Shown here piece after piece: positions 9,070-18,734 of a stretch of 53,216 bases of DNA. The notes under the pieces were generated by a model. The model saw only the letters and a program-made list of their open reading frames with translations, had not been told where the DNA came from and made no database searches. The DNA comes from Candidatus Eiseniibacteriota bacterium (GTDB taxonomy: Bacteria > Eisenbacteria > RBG-16-71-46): positions 1 to 53,216 of the forward strand of contig JBGAOA010000026.1 of the NCBI GenBank assembly GCA_044222065.1. The letters are read 5' to 3'. Every line of letters starts with the position of its first letter. Positions within the stretch are counted from its first letter, which is position 1. The position numbers and the translations under genes were made by a program.

Positions 9070-11679
9070 TCAGCGAACGTGCGCGAAGCGCGCGCTCGCG
9101 GGCTCGGCGCCGTCCGCCTCGAGGCGCGCGAAGTACACGCCTGCGGCAAGCGGACGTCCGCCGTCGTCGCGACCGTCCCAGTCGAGCGTGCGCTCGCCGG
9201 CGTCGAACGCGCCGTCCGCGAGCGTGCGACGGCGCGCGCCCGTGACGTCGTAGATCGCGAGGCGCGCGCGGCCGGCGGTCGCGAGCGCGAACGTCAGCCG
9301 GCCGCCTCCCCCGCTCGCCCGCAGCGTGGCCTTGCCGCGCGGCGCGGAACCGATCGCGAAGCCGCCGCCGTAGAGCGGTCCCTCCCAGCGCGCGACGTTC
9401 GACGCGGGACGTCCGGCGATGGCCGAGAAGCGTCCGCCGACCCACAGTCCGCCGCCGCTCGGCAGCAGCGAGAGGATCGTCGTCATCAGCCGGCTGCTCG
9501 GAGGGGCCGGCTCGCCGAACTGCGTCCAGCCGCGTGCGTCGAGGCGCAGGACGCCGCTCGTCGAGCCGCCGTTCAGCCGCAGGCCGCCCCCGGCGGCGAA
9601 CACGGCGTCGCGCGTCGCCGCGAGCGCGGAGACGCCCGAGAGCGGACGGACTTCGAGCACGCTCCAGTTCGCGCCATCGAAGAGCGCCAGGAACGCGTTC
9701 CGAGGAACGCCGCCCACCGAGACCCGAAGCTGCCCCGACACGACGAAGCCGGCGCCGAGCGGCGCGAGGGCCTCGACCGTCCCCTCGAGGCGGTCGTTCA
9801 ATTCCTGCCACGAGGATCCGTTCCAGAGACGCGCGCCGTAGACCGGAGGCACGCTGAACGGACCGAGCGCGACGAGTCCGGCGCGCGTCGGAACGAGCGA
9901 ACGCACGTAGGCGGGCGCCGGCGTGCGCGGCGTCGGACTCGGGAGTTCCTCCCACGTGCCCGCGCGATACCGGCGAACGTGACTCGCCAGCGGCGAACCG
10001 GAAGCGCGGTCGTAGCTCGACAGGTACAGAGAACCGTTCCACACCGCGATCGCGAGAGCGTTCTCGAGCGGCGCTCCCGGCAGCGGTTCCCACGTGTCTC
10101 CTCGCCTGCGGTACACGGACGGCGGCCCCGACGATCCGTAACCGCCCCCGAGCGACACGACGAGGTCGCCCTCGAACGAGACGATGTCGCCGACGAGCGG
10201 CACCGTCGAGCCGAGCCCCAGGTCGCTCCAACCGGATCCGGTCCATTCCACGGCCGGTCCGAGCGACTTCCAGGCGCCACCCTCGCGCGTGAGGTCGAAG
10301 TAGCCGGCCGCGTAGAGGCGACCGTCGATCTCGCGCAGGGTCGTCACCTGACTCGTGTAGCGGCTGGAGAGCCCCACGCCTTCGCCGCGCCGCCCATCGA
10401 GCGATCGCCAGTGGCTGCCGTCCCATTCCCCGACGAACGGCGCGAACACGAGGTAGCCGCCGGGAGTCGCGTGGTAGCGATCGCCGAGCGACACGAGCGC
10501 ATTGCCGCGGCTCGCGAGCTGCCTCGCGTTCCCGACCGACTCGTCGGACCTCCACCGCAGCGAGCCATTGCCCAGCTCGACCACGTCGCCCATCGCCGTG
10601 TAGCCGAGCGTGTAGACGTAGCCGCACACGGCGAGCCCGGTCGCGGTCGGCTCAAGGTCGTCGGCCACGCCGTACACGGCGGGGTCGGTCGCGGACCAGG
10701 AGCTTCCGTCCCAGCGGATCACGGCCGGTCCGTACCCCGTACCGTCGTAGCTCGCGATCCCGGCGTACAGCACGCCATCCTTCACCGCGAGATCCGTCAC
10801 GGCGTCGTAGGCGTAGGACGACGCGAGCACGACGCTCCAAACGCCGCCGGACTCGCGAAAGACCATCGGCGTCCCCGGCTGATCGCTGCCCGCGAGCCCG
10901 CCGACGAACACGGTGCCATCGAGGACCGCGACCGAGGTCGGAGTGAAGATCGACGACACGACCGGCGGGGACTCGAGCGTCCAGTTCACGCCGTTCCAGC
11001 GCGTGAGGATCGTCGTGTCGCTGGATGAGAACCGGCTCGCGAGCAGCAGGTCGGCGCCGTCGCGCGCGAGCGCGCACGGGCTGTAGAACGGCTCGATGTT
11101 GCCGACGGGCTGCCACGCGGTTCCGTCCCAGCGCGCGACTCCGAACGGCAGGGCGAGTCCGGCGGGCTCGAGGCCGAGGTATCCGGCCGCGTAGAGCGAG
11201 CCTCCATCGGCGAGCAGGGCGCGCACGTCGCCGTAGAGATTCGAACCGACGGAACTCCAGTCGCTCCCGTCCCAGCGAGCGACCCCGGTCGCGCGCACGC
11301 CGCCCGCGATTTCGAAATAGCCGCCGACGTACGCGACCGTGCCGTCGCCCTCGATCACGCGCGGCGCGCTGTCGAAGCCCGGCAGCGTGAAGCGGGGAGA
11401 CCAGAACGAAGACGATTCGGTGCGAATCGGATTCGGCATCGTCGGCGGCGGGACGGGCAGCGTGACCTTGCCCTTCCCCGGGAACGTCCCCACCTCTTCG
11501 AAGATCCGGCTGAAGCGCTCGGCGGCGCGTGCGGCCGCCTCGGGCGAGGACGAGGGCGCGTGCGGCAGTTCGGCGGTGCGAGTCGCGGCGAGCGCGGGCG
11601 AGGCGGGTGCGGCGGAGAGCAGCAGCACGCCGAGCGCGAACGTCGCGCGGCGCGCCGGGAACGAACCGGATGGGGTCAT
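9070..11679 (-). CDS. Secreted beta-propeller protein with C-terminal FlgD-Ig-like domain
   Basis: Signal peptide; many (A/T)RW(D/N)G..W repeats with LY(V/A)(G/A)G.F strands; C-terminus LAIYDVTGARRRTL...WDGRDDGGRPLAAGVYFARL. Confidence 0.8.
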   Translation of the reverse strand: MTPSGSFPARRATFALGVLLLSAAPASPALAATRTAELPHAPSSSPEAAARAAERFSRIFEEVGTFPGKGKVTLPVPPPTMPNPIRTESSSFWSPRFTLPGFDSAPRVIEGDGTVAYVGGYFEIAGGVRATGVARWDGSDWSSVGSNLYGDVRALLADGGSLYAAGYLGLEPAGLALPFGVARWDGTAWQPVGNIEPFYSPCALARDGADLLLASRFSSSDTTILTRWNGVNWTLESPPVVSSIFTPTSVAVLDGTVFVGGLAGSDQPGTPMVFRESGGVWSVVLASSYAYDAVTDLAVKDGVLYAGIASYDGTGYGPAVIRWDGSSWSATDPAVYGVADDLEPTATGLAVCGYVYTLGYTAMGDVVELGNGSLRWRSDESVGNARQLASRGNALVSLGDRYHATPGGYLVFAPFVGEWDGSHWRSLDGRRGEGVGLSSRYTSQVTTLREIDGRLYAAGYFDLTREGGAWKSLGPAVEWTGSGWSDLGLGSTVPLVGDIVSFEGDLVVSLGGGYGSSGPPSVYRRRGDTWEPLPGAPLENALAIAVWNGSLYLSSYDRASGSPLASHVRRYRAGTWEELPSPTPRTPAPAYVRSLVPTRAGLVALGPFSVPPVYGARLWNGSSWQELNDRLEGTVEALAPLGAGFVVSGQLRVSVGGVPRNAFLALFDGANWSVLEVRPLSGVSALAATRDAVFAAGGGLRLNGGSTSGVLRLDARGWTQFGEPAPPSSRLMTTILSLLPSGGGLWVGGRFSAIAGRPASNVARWEGPLYGGGFAIGSAPRGKATLRASGGGGRLTFALATAGRARLAIYDVTGARRRTLADGAFDAGERTLDWDGRDDGGRPLAAGVYFARLEADGAEPASARFAHVR

Positions 11680-11746
11680 GGTGAACTCCGGGAATCCCGG
11701 TGGGTGCTGGGAGCGCCGGAAGCGTACGCCCCGCCCGCGCGCCGCC

Positions 11747-12598
11747 TCAAGGCCCGATTGCCGCCGATCCGCCGGAGACGCGCTCCGGCCGGGTGTAGAC
11801 GTTGAGCCGCTCGCCGCGCGCGAAGCCGACGAGCGTGAGGCCCGCGGCTTCGGCGAGTTCGACCGCGAGCGTCGAAGGCGCGCCGACCGCCGCGACGACG
11901 GGGATGCGCGCGCGGGCCGCCTTGAGCACGAGTTCGGCGCCCGCCCGCCCGCTCAGCCACAGGACGCCCTCGCCCGCGGGATAGCGCTCGCGATCGAGCA
12001 GCGCTCCCGCGACCTTGTCCACCGCGTTGTGGCGGCCGACGTCCTCGAACAGCTCGAAGCGCTCGAGCGCGGCATCGCACCACGCCGCGGCGTGGAGTCC
12101 GCCGCTCGCGGCGAAGCCCGTCTGGCGCTCGCGCATCCGCTCGCCGAGCGCGCCGAGCGCGGCCGCTGCGACTCGGAACTCGCCGGCGAGCGGCGTGAGC
12201 CCCGTTCGCAGCGCATCGAGGTGCGCGCGGCCGCACAGCCCGCACGCCGCGGTCGCGACGAAGTGGCGCTCGAGCTTCGACCAGTCGAGGCGCACGGACG
12301 GATCGAGCATCACGTCCGCGCGATCCGCGGCGTCCGCGCTTCCCCCCGCCGCGAACTCGACGGCCTTCACGTCGGCGCGCGCCGCGATCAGGCCTTCGCC
12401 CGCGAGGAAGCCGAGCGCGAGTTCGCGGTCGTGGCCCGGCGTGCGCAGCGTCACGGCGAGCGAGCGGCCGCCGATCGCGATCTCGAGCGGGCGCTCGACC
12501 GCGAGCGCGTCCTCGATCGTTTCGCGCGAACGGCCGGTCACGCGCGTGACCGGCCGCCGCTCGAGCCTCGGGTCGCCGATGCCTCCCGGCGCGCTCAC
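11747..12598 (-). CDS. fdhD: Formate dehydrogenase accessory sulfurtransferase FdhD
   Basis: AVERPLEI, LRTPGHDRELALGFL, CGLCG, GGLHAAA, EDVGRHNAVDK, SGRAGAELVLKA, APSTLAV. GTG start overlaps the thyX stop. Confidence 0.93.
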   Translation of the reverse strand: MSAPGGIGDPRLERRPVTRVTGRSRETIEDALAVERPLEIAIGGRSLAVTLRTPGHDRELALGFLAGEGLIAARADVKAVEFAAGGSADAADRADVMLDPSVRLDWSKLERHFVATAACGLCGRAHLDALRTGLTPLAGEFRVAAAALGALGERMRERQTGFAASGGLHAAAWCDAALERFELFEDVGRHNAVDKVAGALLDRERYPAGEGVLWLSGRAGAELVLKAARARIPVVAAVGAPSTLAVELAEAAGLTLVGFARGERLNVYTRPERVSGGSAAIGP

Positions 12599-13395
12599 AC
12601 CTTCGGATGATCCGTCGCGGTCGCGAACGAGCCGTCGGCGAGCGGGACGAGGCGGTAGTCGGCGAACAGGTTCGGCGCCTCGGCGCGCAGGATCTCGAGC
12701 ACCTGAACCGCGACCTTCCGGATCTCGACGTCCGCGTGCTCGCTGCCGCGCAGCTCGATGAAGTGGCGCATCGCGCGCGCGTTCCCGGTCACGAAGATCT
12801 TCGTCTCGGTCGCGTTCGGCAGCACCGAGCGGGCGGCCTGGCGCGCGAGCTTGCGGCGCAGCGTCTTGTCGGCGACGTCGGTGAAGCGCTCGGTGAGGCC
12901 GGCGACGAGGCGGTCGTACGCGGCGCGCGAGGCGTTCACGGCCTCGGACCACGCGGCGTGCAGCTCGGGGTCGTTCGCGATGACGTCCGGCTCGACGAAG
13001 TCGGATTCGGACTCGTCCACGTAGCGCTGCGAGAGCTGCGAGTACGAGAAGTGCCGGTGGCGGATCAGCTCGTGCGTGAAAGAGCGCGAGACGCCGGTGA
13101 CGAGGAAGCTCCACACCGCGTGCTCGAGCACCGAACCGTGGCCGACCTCGACGATGTGGCCGAGGAACTCGGCGTTCGTCTTGCGGCCCTTGCCGTAGCT
13201 CATGTAGCACACGCGGCCCGCCATCTCGGCGAGCGCCTCGGCGCCGATCTCGGTGTCGGTCTGCCACGTGAGTTCGTGGTCGCCGAGGAACTTCGCGATG
13301 CCGTCCTCGTCGAGCGTCTGACGGCCGACGAGGTACACGCGCGGCTCGCGCACGATCGAGAGCGGCTTCTTCTCGGTGACGTCCAGCGTGCTCAT
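12595..13395 (-). CDS. thyX: FAD-dependent thymidylate synthase ThyX
   Basis: AGRVCYMSY, GHGSVLEH, VSRSFTHELIRHRHFSYSQLSQRY (RHRx7S), ARSVLPNATET, HADVEIR. ATG 13395. Confidence 0.96.
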   Translation of the reverse strand: MSTLDVTEKKPLSIVREPRVYLVGRQTLDEDGIAKFLGDHELTWQTDTEIGAEALAEMAGRVCYMSYGKGRKTNAEFLGHIVEVGHGSVLEHAVWSFLVTGVSRSFTHELIRHRHFSYSQLSQRYVDESESDFVEPDVIANDPELHAAWSEAVNASRAAYDRLVAGLTERFTDVADKTLRRKLARQAARSVLPNATETKIFVTGNARAMRHFIELRGSEHADVEIRKVAVQVLEILRAEAPNLFADYRLVPLADGSFATATDHPKV

Positions 13396-13513
13396 GGGCT
13401 CCCTCCCTTGCCCTCTCCGGGGCGTGCGTGACGGGTGGCGCCGGGTGCGGCCCGCGAGGTCGGCGCGGGCGGCGGCGCGGAGTCGAGATTCGGCGCGCAC
13501 TGTAGCACGGCCC

Positions 13514-13918
13514 TCAGGCCGCCGGCCGCTGCCTCGCTTCGACGATGCGCACGATCACGAACGCGAGCAGCGCGATCACGAAGAACACGAGCAGCGCCCA
13601 CGCCATGCCCTGCAGCACCTGGATCACGGTGCGGTACGTCTCGAGCGCGAGCGCCGGACCGTCGAGCGTGAGCACGCGCGACTTGCCGTCGGGGCCGGTC
13701 TGCGGCTGCAGGTACTGCTCGAGCTTCCACACCTGCACGCCGGCGGACACGCCGACGACGAACAGCGCGAACGTGAGGAAGCGCTGCCAGGCGTGCGCGA
13801 TGTCGGGGCCGAGGATGCGCTCGAGGATCTCGCGCACGGGCTTGCGGAAGCCGAGCACGACGGCGCCGGCGGTGAGGAGCGACACCCCGAGCGTGAGCAC
13901 CACGAGCCACAGGAACAC
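13514..13918 (-). CDS. Conserved hypothetical membrane protein (3 TM)
   Basis: GTG 13918 directly after the upstream stop; three hydrophobic segments; GC3-rich codon use. Confidence 0.7.
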   Translation of the reverse strand: MFLWLVVLTLGVSLLTAGAVVLGFRKPVREILERILGPDIAHAWQRFLTFALFVVGVSAGVQVWKLEQYLQPQTGPDGKSRVLTLDGPALALETYRTVIQVLQGMAWALLVFFVIALLAFVIVRIVEARQRPAA

Positions 13919-13919
13919 G

Positions 13920-15092
13920 TCAGCCTCCGTGCTTGCGCACCGCGTCGCGCACGCGGCGCAGGACCTCGTCCACTTCGTCGTCGCGCGTGTAGAAGTGCGG
14001 CGCGAGCCGCAGGCCAACGCCCGGGCGCACGTCGAGCAGCACGTCGGCCGCGAGCAGGTCCGCGCACACGGCCTCGGCGTGCGGCACGCCGAGCACGACG
14101 GTGCCGCCGCGCCGCGACGGTTCCCGCGGCGACACGACGCCGAAGCCGTATTCGTCGGCGAGCGCGAGCAGGCGCGCCGTCTGACGCAGGGACTTCGCGC
14201 GGATCGCCTCGACGCCGATCGTCCGCACGATCTCGTAGCCCGCGCGCGCCGCGAGGTACACGGGCACGGCCGGCGTGCCGGTCCAGAAGCGGCGCGGACC
14301 GTCGTGCCGGCGCATCGGGCCGGGATCGAACGCGAACGGATTCGCGTGCGCCATCCAGCCGGTCGTCGCCGGCTCGAGCCGTGCGGCGGCCGAAGGCGAT
14401 GCGTACAGGTAGCCCGCGCCGGGGCCGCCGCACAACCACTTCACCGAACCGCCCGCGACGAGGTCCACGCCGAGCGCCGCGACGTCGAACGGCACCGTGC
14501 CGACGGCCTGGTAGGAGTCGAGCAGCGTGAGCGCGCCGGCCGCTTTCGCGCGCGCGACGATCGGCGCGACGTCGAGCACCTGCGCGGTGCGGAAAAGCAC
14601 GTGCGAGATCGCGACGACGGCCGTGCGCTCGTCGATCGCGGCGAGCACGTCTTCTTCGGCGATGCGGTGGCCCTCGCGCGCCTTCACGCGCACGATCTCG
14701 GCGCCGCGCCGCGCGAGGCCTTCGTAGAGGTAGAGCACGGACGGGAAGTCCTCGTCGGTGCAGACGAGCCGGTTGCGCGGCGCGCGGAAGTCCACGGCCG
14801 AGAGCGCGACCGCCTCGGCGCTCGTCGTGTTCTCGAACATCGTGACCGTGCCCGGAGCGCCGCCGAGGATCGCGGCGATCTCGTCGCCGGTCGCGGTCGG
14901 GCTCGCGAACCAGCCGTCCTCCCACGCGCGGATGCCGCGCGTGCGCCACGCCTCGGCGAAGCGCTCGTAGGCGGCGAGCGTCGCGCGCGGCATCGCTCCG
15001 AGCGTGTGCGAGGCGAAGTGCAGCGTCGTCTCGACGGTCGGGAATTCCTTCCGCCACTCGAGCAGCGGATCGTGCGCGAGCCGCGTCGTCAC
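13920..15092 (-). CDS. PLP-dependent aminotransferase class V, kynureninase-like
   Basis: DPLLEWRKEFP, HFASHTLGAMP, DFPS, LDSYQAVG, GGSVKWLCGGPG (PLP Lys), TGWMAH, RLAPHFY. Confidence 0.85.
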   Translation of the reverse strand: MTTRLAHDPLLEWRKEFPTVETTLHFASHTLGAMPRATLAAYERFAEAWRTRGIRAWEDGWFASPTATGDEIAAILGGAPGTVTMFENTTSAEAVALSAVDFRAPRNRLVCTDEDFPSVLYLYEGLARRGAEIVRVKAREGHRIAEEDVLAAIDERTAVVAISHVLFRTAQVLDVAPIVARAKAAGALTLLDSYQAVGTVPFDVAALGVDLVAGGSVKWLCGGPGAGYLYASPSAAARLEPATTGWMAHANPFAFDPGPMRRHDGPRRFWTGTPAVPVYLAARAGYEIVRTIGVEAIRAKSLRQTARLLALADEYGFGVVSPREPSRRGGTVVLGVPHAEAVCADLLAADVLLDVRPGVGLRLAPHFYTRDDEVDEVLRRVRDAVRKHGG

Positions 15093-15646
15093 TTGACGAG
15101 CCCCGCGCGCACGGTCACGGGCGAAAGCACGCGGCGCGCCGCGTCGGCCGGCGTCGCCGCCGTCGAGACGAACTCGAACAGGTGGTGCGGCACGAGCGCG
15201 GGGTGCCGGTGCGCGGCGAGGTACTCGTCCCAGTGGTCGCCGAGCAGCACGAGCGGCGCATCCGCCTTGGAGCGGACGCTCACGAGCGTCCACGTCAGGA
15301 ACAGCTCCGTGAGCGTGCCGACGCTGCCGGGCGCCACGACGAAGCCGTCGGCGTGTTCGACCAGGTGCCGGAGCCGCGCGAACAGGTCGGGCGTGTGCAC
15401 GCGCTCGGTGACCCACGGGTTCACGGGGCCGCGCGCCTCGAACAGCTCGACCGTCACGCCGACGACGCGGCCGCCCGCCTCGTGCGCGCCCTTCGAGCAC
15501 GCGGCCATGACGCCGCCGTAGCCGCCGGTCATGACGTCCGCGCCCGCGTCCACGAGCTCGCGACCGAGCGCGTACGCGAGGCGCCAGGCGTCGTCTCCCT
15601 CCTGCGCGATGCTGCTTCCGTAGACGGCGATGAGCGGACGTTTCAC
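15089..15646 (-). CDS. LOG-family (Rossmann-fold) nucleotide phosphoribohydrolase-like protein
   Basis: IAVYGSS, VMTGGYGGVMAACSKGAHEAGG, PGSVGTLTELF; GTG 15646 with GGAGAG RBS. Confidence 0.88.
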   Translation of the reverse strand: MKRPLIAVYGSSIAQEGDDAWRLAYALGRELVDAGADVMTGGYGGVMAACSKGAHEAGGRVVGVTVELFEARGPVNPWVTERVHTPDLFARLRHLVEHADGFVVAPGSVGTLTELFLTWTLVSVRSKADAPLVLLGDHWDEYLAAHRHPALVPHHLFEFVSTAATPADAARRVLSPVTVRAGLVK

Positions 15647-15748
15647 GAGTCTCTCCGGAGGAGGGTGCGGGGCGGCGACGGCGCCATAGTGCCAGCCCTT
15701 CGCCTCGCGGACCAGCGCCTCCGCTATACTGCCGCGCTCGATCGCGCC

Positions 15749-16132
15749 ATGAACGACCCCGCCTTCGAATCCGTCCGCGTCCATCCGGACCCGCGCCGTC
15801 TCGGCGAGGGGCAGGGCGTGCGCTTCGACGTCGCGCTCCACGGCGTGCCGCGGCCGGCGTTCGCCGTGCGCTGGCGCGGCGGCCTGTACGCCTACGTGAA
15901 CCAGTGCCGCCACCAGAGCCTGCCGCTCGACTTCGGCGACGCACGCTTCTTCGACGACGACTTCGACGCGCTCGTGTGCTGCCGGCACGGCGCGCGCTAC
16001 GCGCCCGACACGGGCCGGTGCATCGCCGGCCCCTGCGAGGGCGGCGCGCTCACGCCGCTCGCGCTCAAGGTGCGGAACGGCGAACTGTGGTGCACGGGCG
16101 CGACGTCGCCCGCGGGGCCGGTGACGCGGTAG
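15749..16132 (+). CDS. Rieske [2Fe-2S] ferredoxin
   Basis: YVNQCRH...LVCCRHGARY...GRCIAGPC Rieske boxes; ATG 15749; TATACT -10-like hexamer upstream at 15725. Confidence 0.9.
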   Translation: MNDPAFESVRVHPDPRRLGEGQGVRFDVALHGVPRPAFAVRWRGGLYAYVNQCRHQSLPLDFGDARFFDDDFDALVCCRHGARYAPDTGRCIAGPCEGGALTPLALKVRNGELWCTGATSPAGPVTR

Positions 16133-16133
16133 C

Positions 16134-17132
16134 ATGCGGCGCTTCGACCGGGTGAAAGGACGGTTCATGCAGGACTTCGGTTCCGCGGCGCGCGCGAGGC
16201 GCGCCGTCCCGGGGCTCGCGGTGCTGCTCGGCCTCGCGAGCGCGATCGCGCCGCGACCGGCGGCGAACGCCGAGCCTCTGCCTTCCTCGGTCGACAAGCG
16301 CTACCAGCTCGTGGACACGCTCGCGGCTCCCGCGCCCGACTCGTCGCGCGCCGTGCTGTGGCTCCTGCGCGAGCAGTTCGCGCGCAAGAACGCGCTGCCG
16401 CCCGAGCGCCTCTACCTGGACGGCAAGCCGCTCACGCTGCTCCCCCAGCGCAGCTACTTCGTGACGACGCTCGCCCCCGGCACGCACGCGCTCACGGGGC
16501 TCGTCGGCGCGCCGACGATGCGCTTCGAGTTCCTCGCCGGCCACGCCTACCTGCTGCGGCTGCGCGAACTCGTGGACGAGTTCGACGTGCTGCGCTCGCG
16601 CTGGCTCTTCGACCAGCCGTCGAGCGCCGCCTCGCTGATCGCCGCTTCGGAACTGCCCGCGGTGCGGCTCACGCCGAAGGGCGAGGCCGATCTCGCGAAG
16701 AAGGCCACGAACCCGTGGGCGCTCGGAACCGCGCTCGCGGCCCGCGCCGTCGCCGACAGCGGCTTCACGCAGATCCTGTTCGAGCATCCGCTCGATCCGC
16801 TGAACCTCAAGCGCGAGTTCTCCGTCTACTCGGGCGAACTCGAACTGCTGCAGGACGGGCTGCGCTACTACCTGCAGAAGCGGCGCTCCGACGTCACGGT
16901 CGAGATCCCGTACGCGCGCATCACCGACCTGCGCTACGGCGGCACGCGCTTCGCGGGCACGTCGCCGTGGATCGACGTCGTGTACGACTCCGACGAAGGC
17001 CCGCTGCGCGCGTCGTTCGCGCCGGCGACGACCGACGAGCCCGAGGCGGTCTACAACCGCCTGTTCACGCAGCTCACCGAACGCTGGCGCGCGGCGCGCC
17101 CGTCGGCGGAACCGGGCGCGGCCGCACGCTAG
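16134..17132 (+). CDS. Hypothetical exported protein (DUF2846-like N-terminal domain, possible PH-like C-terminal domain)
   Basis: Signal-like AVPGLAVLLGLASAIA; LYLDGKPLTLLPQRSYFVTTLAPGTH resembles DUF2846; GELELLQDGLRY...EIPYARITDL resembles a PH fold. Alternative start 16167. Confidence 0.65.
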   Translation: MRRFDRVKGRFMQDFGSAARARRAVPGLAVLLGLASAIAPRPAANAEPLPSSVDKRYQLVDTLAAPAPDSSRAVLWLLREQFARKNALPPERLYLDGKPLTLLPQRSYFVTTLAPGTHALTGLVGAPTMRFEFLAGHAYLLRLRELVDEFDVLRSRWLFDQPSSAASLIAASELPAVRLTPKGEADLAKKATNPWALGTALAARAVADSGFTQILFEHPLDPLNLKREFSVYSGELELLQDGLRYYLQKRRSDVTVEIPYARITDLRYGGTRFAGTSPWIDVVYDSDEGPLRASFAPATTDEPEAVYNRLFTQLTERWRAARPSAEPGAAAR

Positions 17133-17133
17133 G

Positions 17134-17805
17134 TCAGTCGTTCGGCGTGTTGACGTTGCGGCCGATGCCCGCGTCCGCGACGTCCACGTAGCCGACGAGC
17201 CGCGCGTTGCGGCGCACGCCGTCGCTCAGGTCGCGCGCCTCGCGGTCCGCGAGCACGGCCCACGCGAGCGCGGGCGACATCGCGATCGGGTGTCCGCGTC
17301 GGCGTCCGTGCCGCGGCACGAGCGCGTAGGCGAACGCCGCCCGCTCCTTCCGCGTGCGCGACGAGGCGAGCGCGCCGCGCAACAGCACGGCGAGCGAAGC
17401 GATCGTCGCGGGCTTCACGTCGGGATGGTCCACGGGCAGGACGAACACGCCCTCGGGGTCGAGGTCGCGCGCGGCCTTGAGGCCCTCGCGCACCGACGAC
17501 AGCATGCCCTTCGACCACTCGCGGTTCTGGACGAACTGCGCCTCGAGCCCGTGTGCGCGGGTGCGGCCGGAGCGCACGAGGTCCTGGTGCAGCTTGCCGG
17601 CGGCGACGAGCCGCTCGAACTCGAGCTCCGCCCGGCGGCGGATCACGGGCCCGCGCGAGCCGAGCACGACGACGACCGAGTCGCACGCGGTCCAGAGCCG
17701 GCGCACGCCGCGCACGAGATAGCTCTCGCGTCCCGCCGCGCGCAGCGCCTTCGGGCTTCCCATGCGGGTCGAAGCGCCCGCGGCGAGCAGAATGCCGACC
17801 ATCAT
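17134..17805 (-). CDS. mocA: Molybdenum cofactor cytidylyltransferase MocA/YgfJ-like
   Basis: GILLAAGASTRMGSPKAL, GMLSSVREG, VLPVDHP, RRGHP, NVNTP; last gene of the molybdoenzyme operon. Confidence 0.88.
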   Translation of the reverse strand: MMVGILLAAGASTRMGSPKALRAAGRESYLVRGVRRLWTACDSVVVVLGSRGPVIRRRAELEFERLVAAGKLHQDLVRSGRTRAHGLEAQFVQNREWSKGMLSSVREGLKAARDLDPEGVFVLPVDHPDVKPATIASLAVLLRGALASSRTRKERAAFAYALVPRHGRRRGHPIAMSPALAWAVLADREARDLSDGVRRNARLVGYVDVADAGIGRNVNTPND

Positions 17806-18665
17806 GTCGTGGAATCCTCCGCGGGCTCGGACGCCGGAGCATCCGTCCCGATGGCGTTCGAATCGTGTCGCGAAGCCTCGCCCATCCGCCGCGCCGCGCT
17901 CCCGCGCGGTGCGAGCGGCGCGCCGCGGCGCACCGCGACGAGTTCGGCGACGATGCTGACCGCGATCTCCTCGGGCGTCTCGGCGCCGATGTCGAGGCCG
18001 AGCGGCGTCCGCAGCCGCGCGATGCGGTCGGCGGAGAACCCCCGGGCCGTGAGGCGCTGAACGAACTTCCGGTGCTTCGCGACGCTGCCGACCATGCCGT
18101 GGAAGCGGAACGGCCGGTCGAGCAGGTGCTGAACGATGCGCTGGTCGAGCGCGTGATCGTGCGTCACGACCACGACGCTCGCGCTCGGGGTGGGCGCGAG
18201 CGCGCGCGCGAACGCTTCGGGATCGGTGACGGCGAGACGTGCGCCGGGGAATCGCTCCTCGTTCGCCCATTCGGGCCGCGCGTCCACGACCGTGACGTCG
18301 AAGCCGCATCCGGCCGCCATCGCGGCGAGCGGTTTCGCGATGTAGCCGGCGCCGAACACGATCAGCGCGGGCGCGGCTTCGATCACCTCGAGGTGCACGC
18401 TCATCTCTCCTCCGCAGCACATGCCGAGATCGCGCGTGAGGTGGCGCTTCACGACGCCGGCGCCGCCCTCGGCGAGCCGCGCGCGCGCGGCCGCGAGCAC
18501 TTCGGCCTCGATCGCGCCGCCGCCGATCGTGCCGAACGTCTCGCCGTTCTCGGCCACGAGCATGTGCGCGCCGCCCTTGCGCGGCGTGAATCCGCGGGTC
18601 TCGACGACGGTCGCGAGCACGAAGCGGCGCCCCGCGGCGCGCCAGCGCGCGAGCGCGTCCCACAC
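17802..18665 (-). CDS. xdhC: XdhC/CoxI-family molybdoenzyme maturation chaperone (true start may be 18738 if a 1-nt insertion is an error)
   Basis: LATVVETRGFTPRKGGAHM, GTIGGGAIE, LGMCCGG, FGAGYIA, THDHALD, PLGLDIGAETPEEIAVSIVAEL. Confidence 0.9.
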   Translation of the reverse strand: MWDALARWRAAGRRFVLATVVETRGFTPRKGGAHMLVAENGETFGTIGGGAIEAEVLAAARARLAEGGAGVVKRHLTRDLGMCCGGEMSVHLEVIEAAPALIVFGAGYIAKPLAAMAAGCGFDVTVVDARPEWANEERFPGARLAVTDPEAFARALAPTPSASVVVVTHDHALDQRIVQHLLDRPFRFHGMVGSVAKHRKFVQRLTARGFSADRIARLRTPLGLDIGAETPEEIAVSIVAELVAVRRGAPLAPRGSAARRMGEASRHDSNAIGTDAPASEPAEDSTT

Positions 18666-18734
18666 CTCGCCGCCGGCCCGCGCCGAGCAGCTCGAAGTCC
18701 AGGCGCTCGCGATCGAACGGATCGCCGCCGCGGC

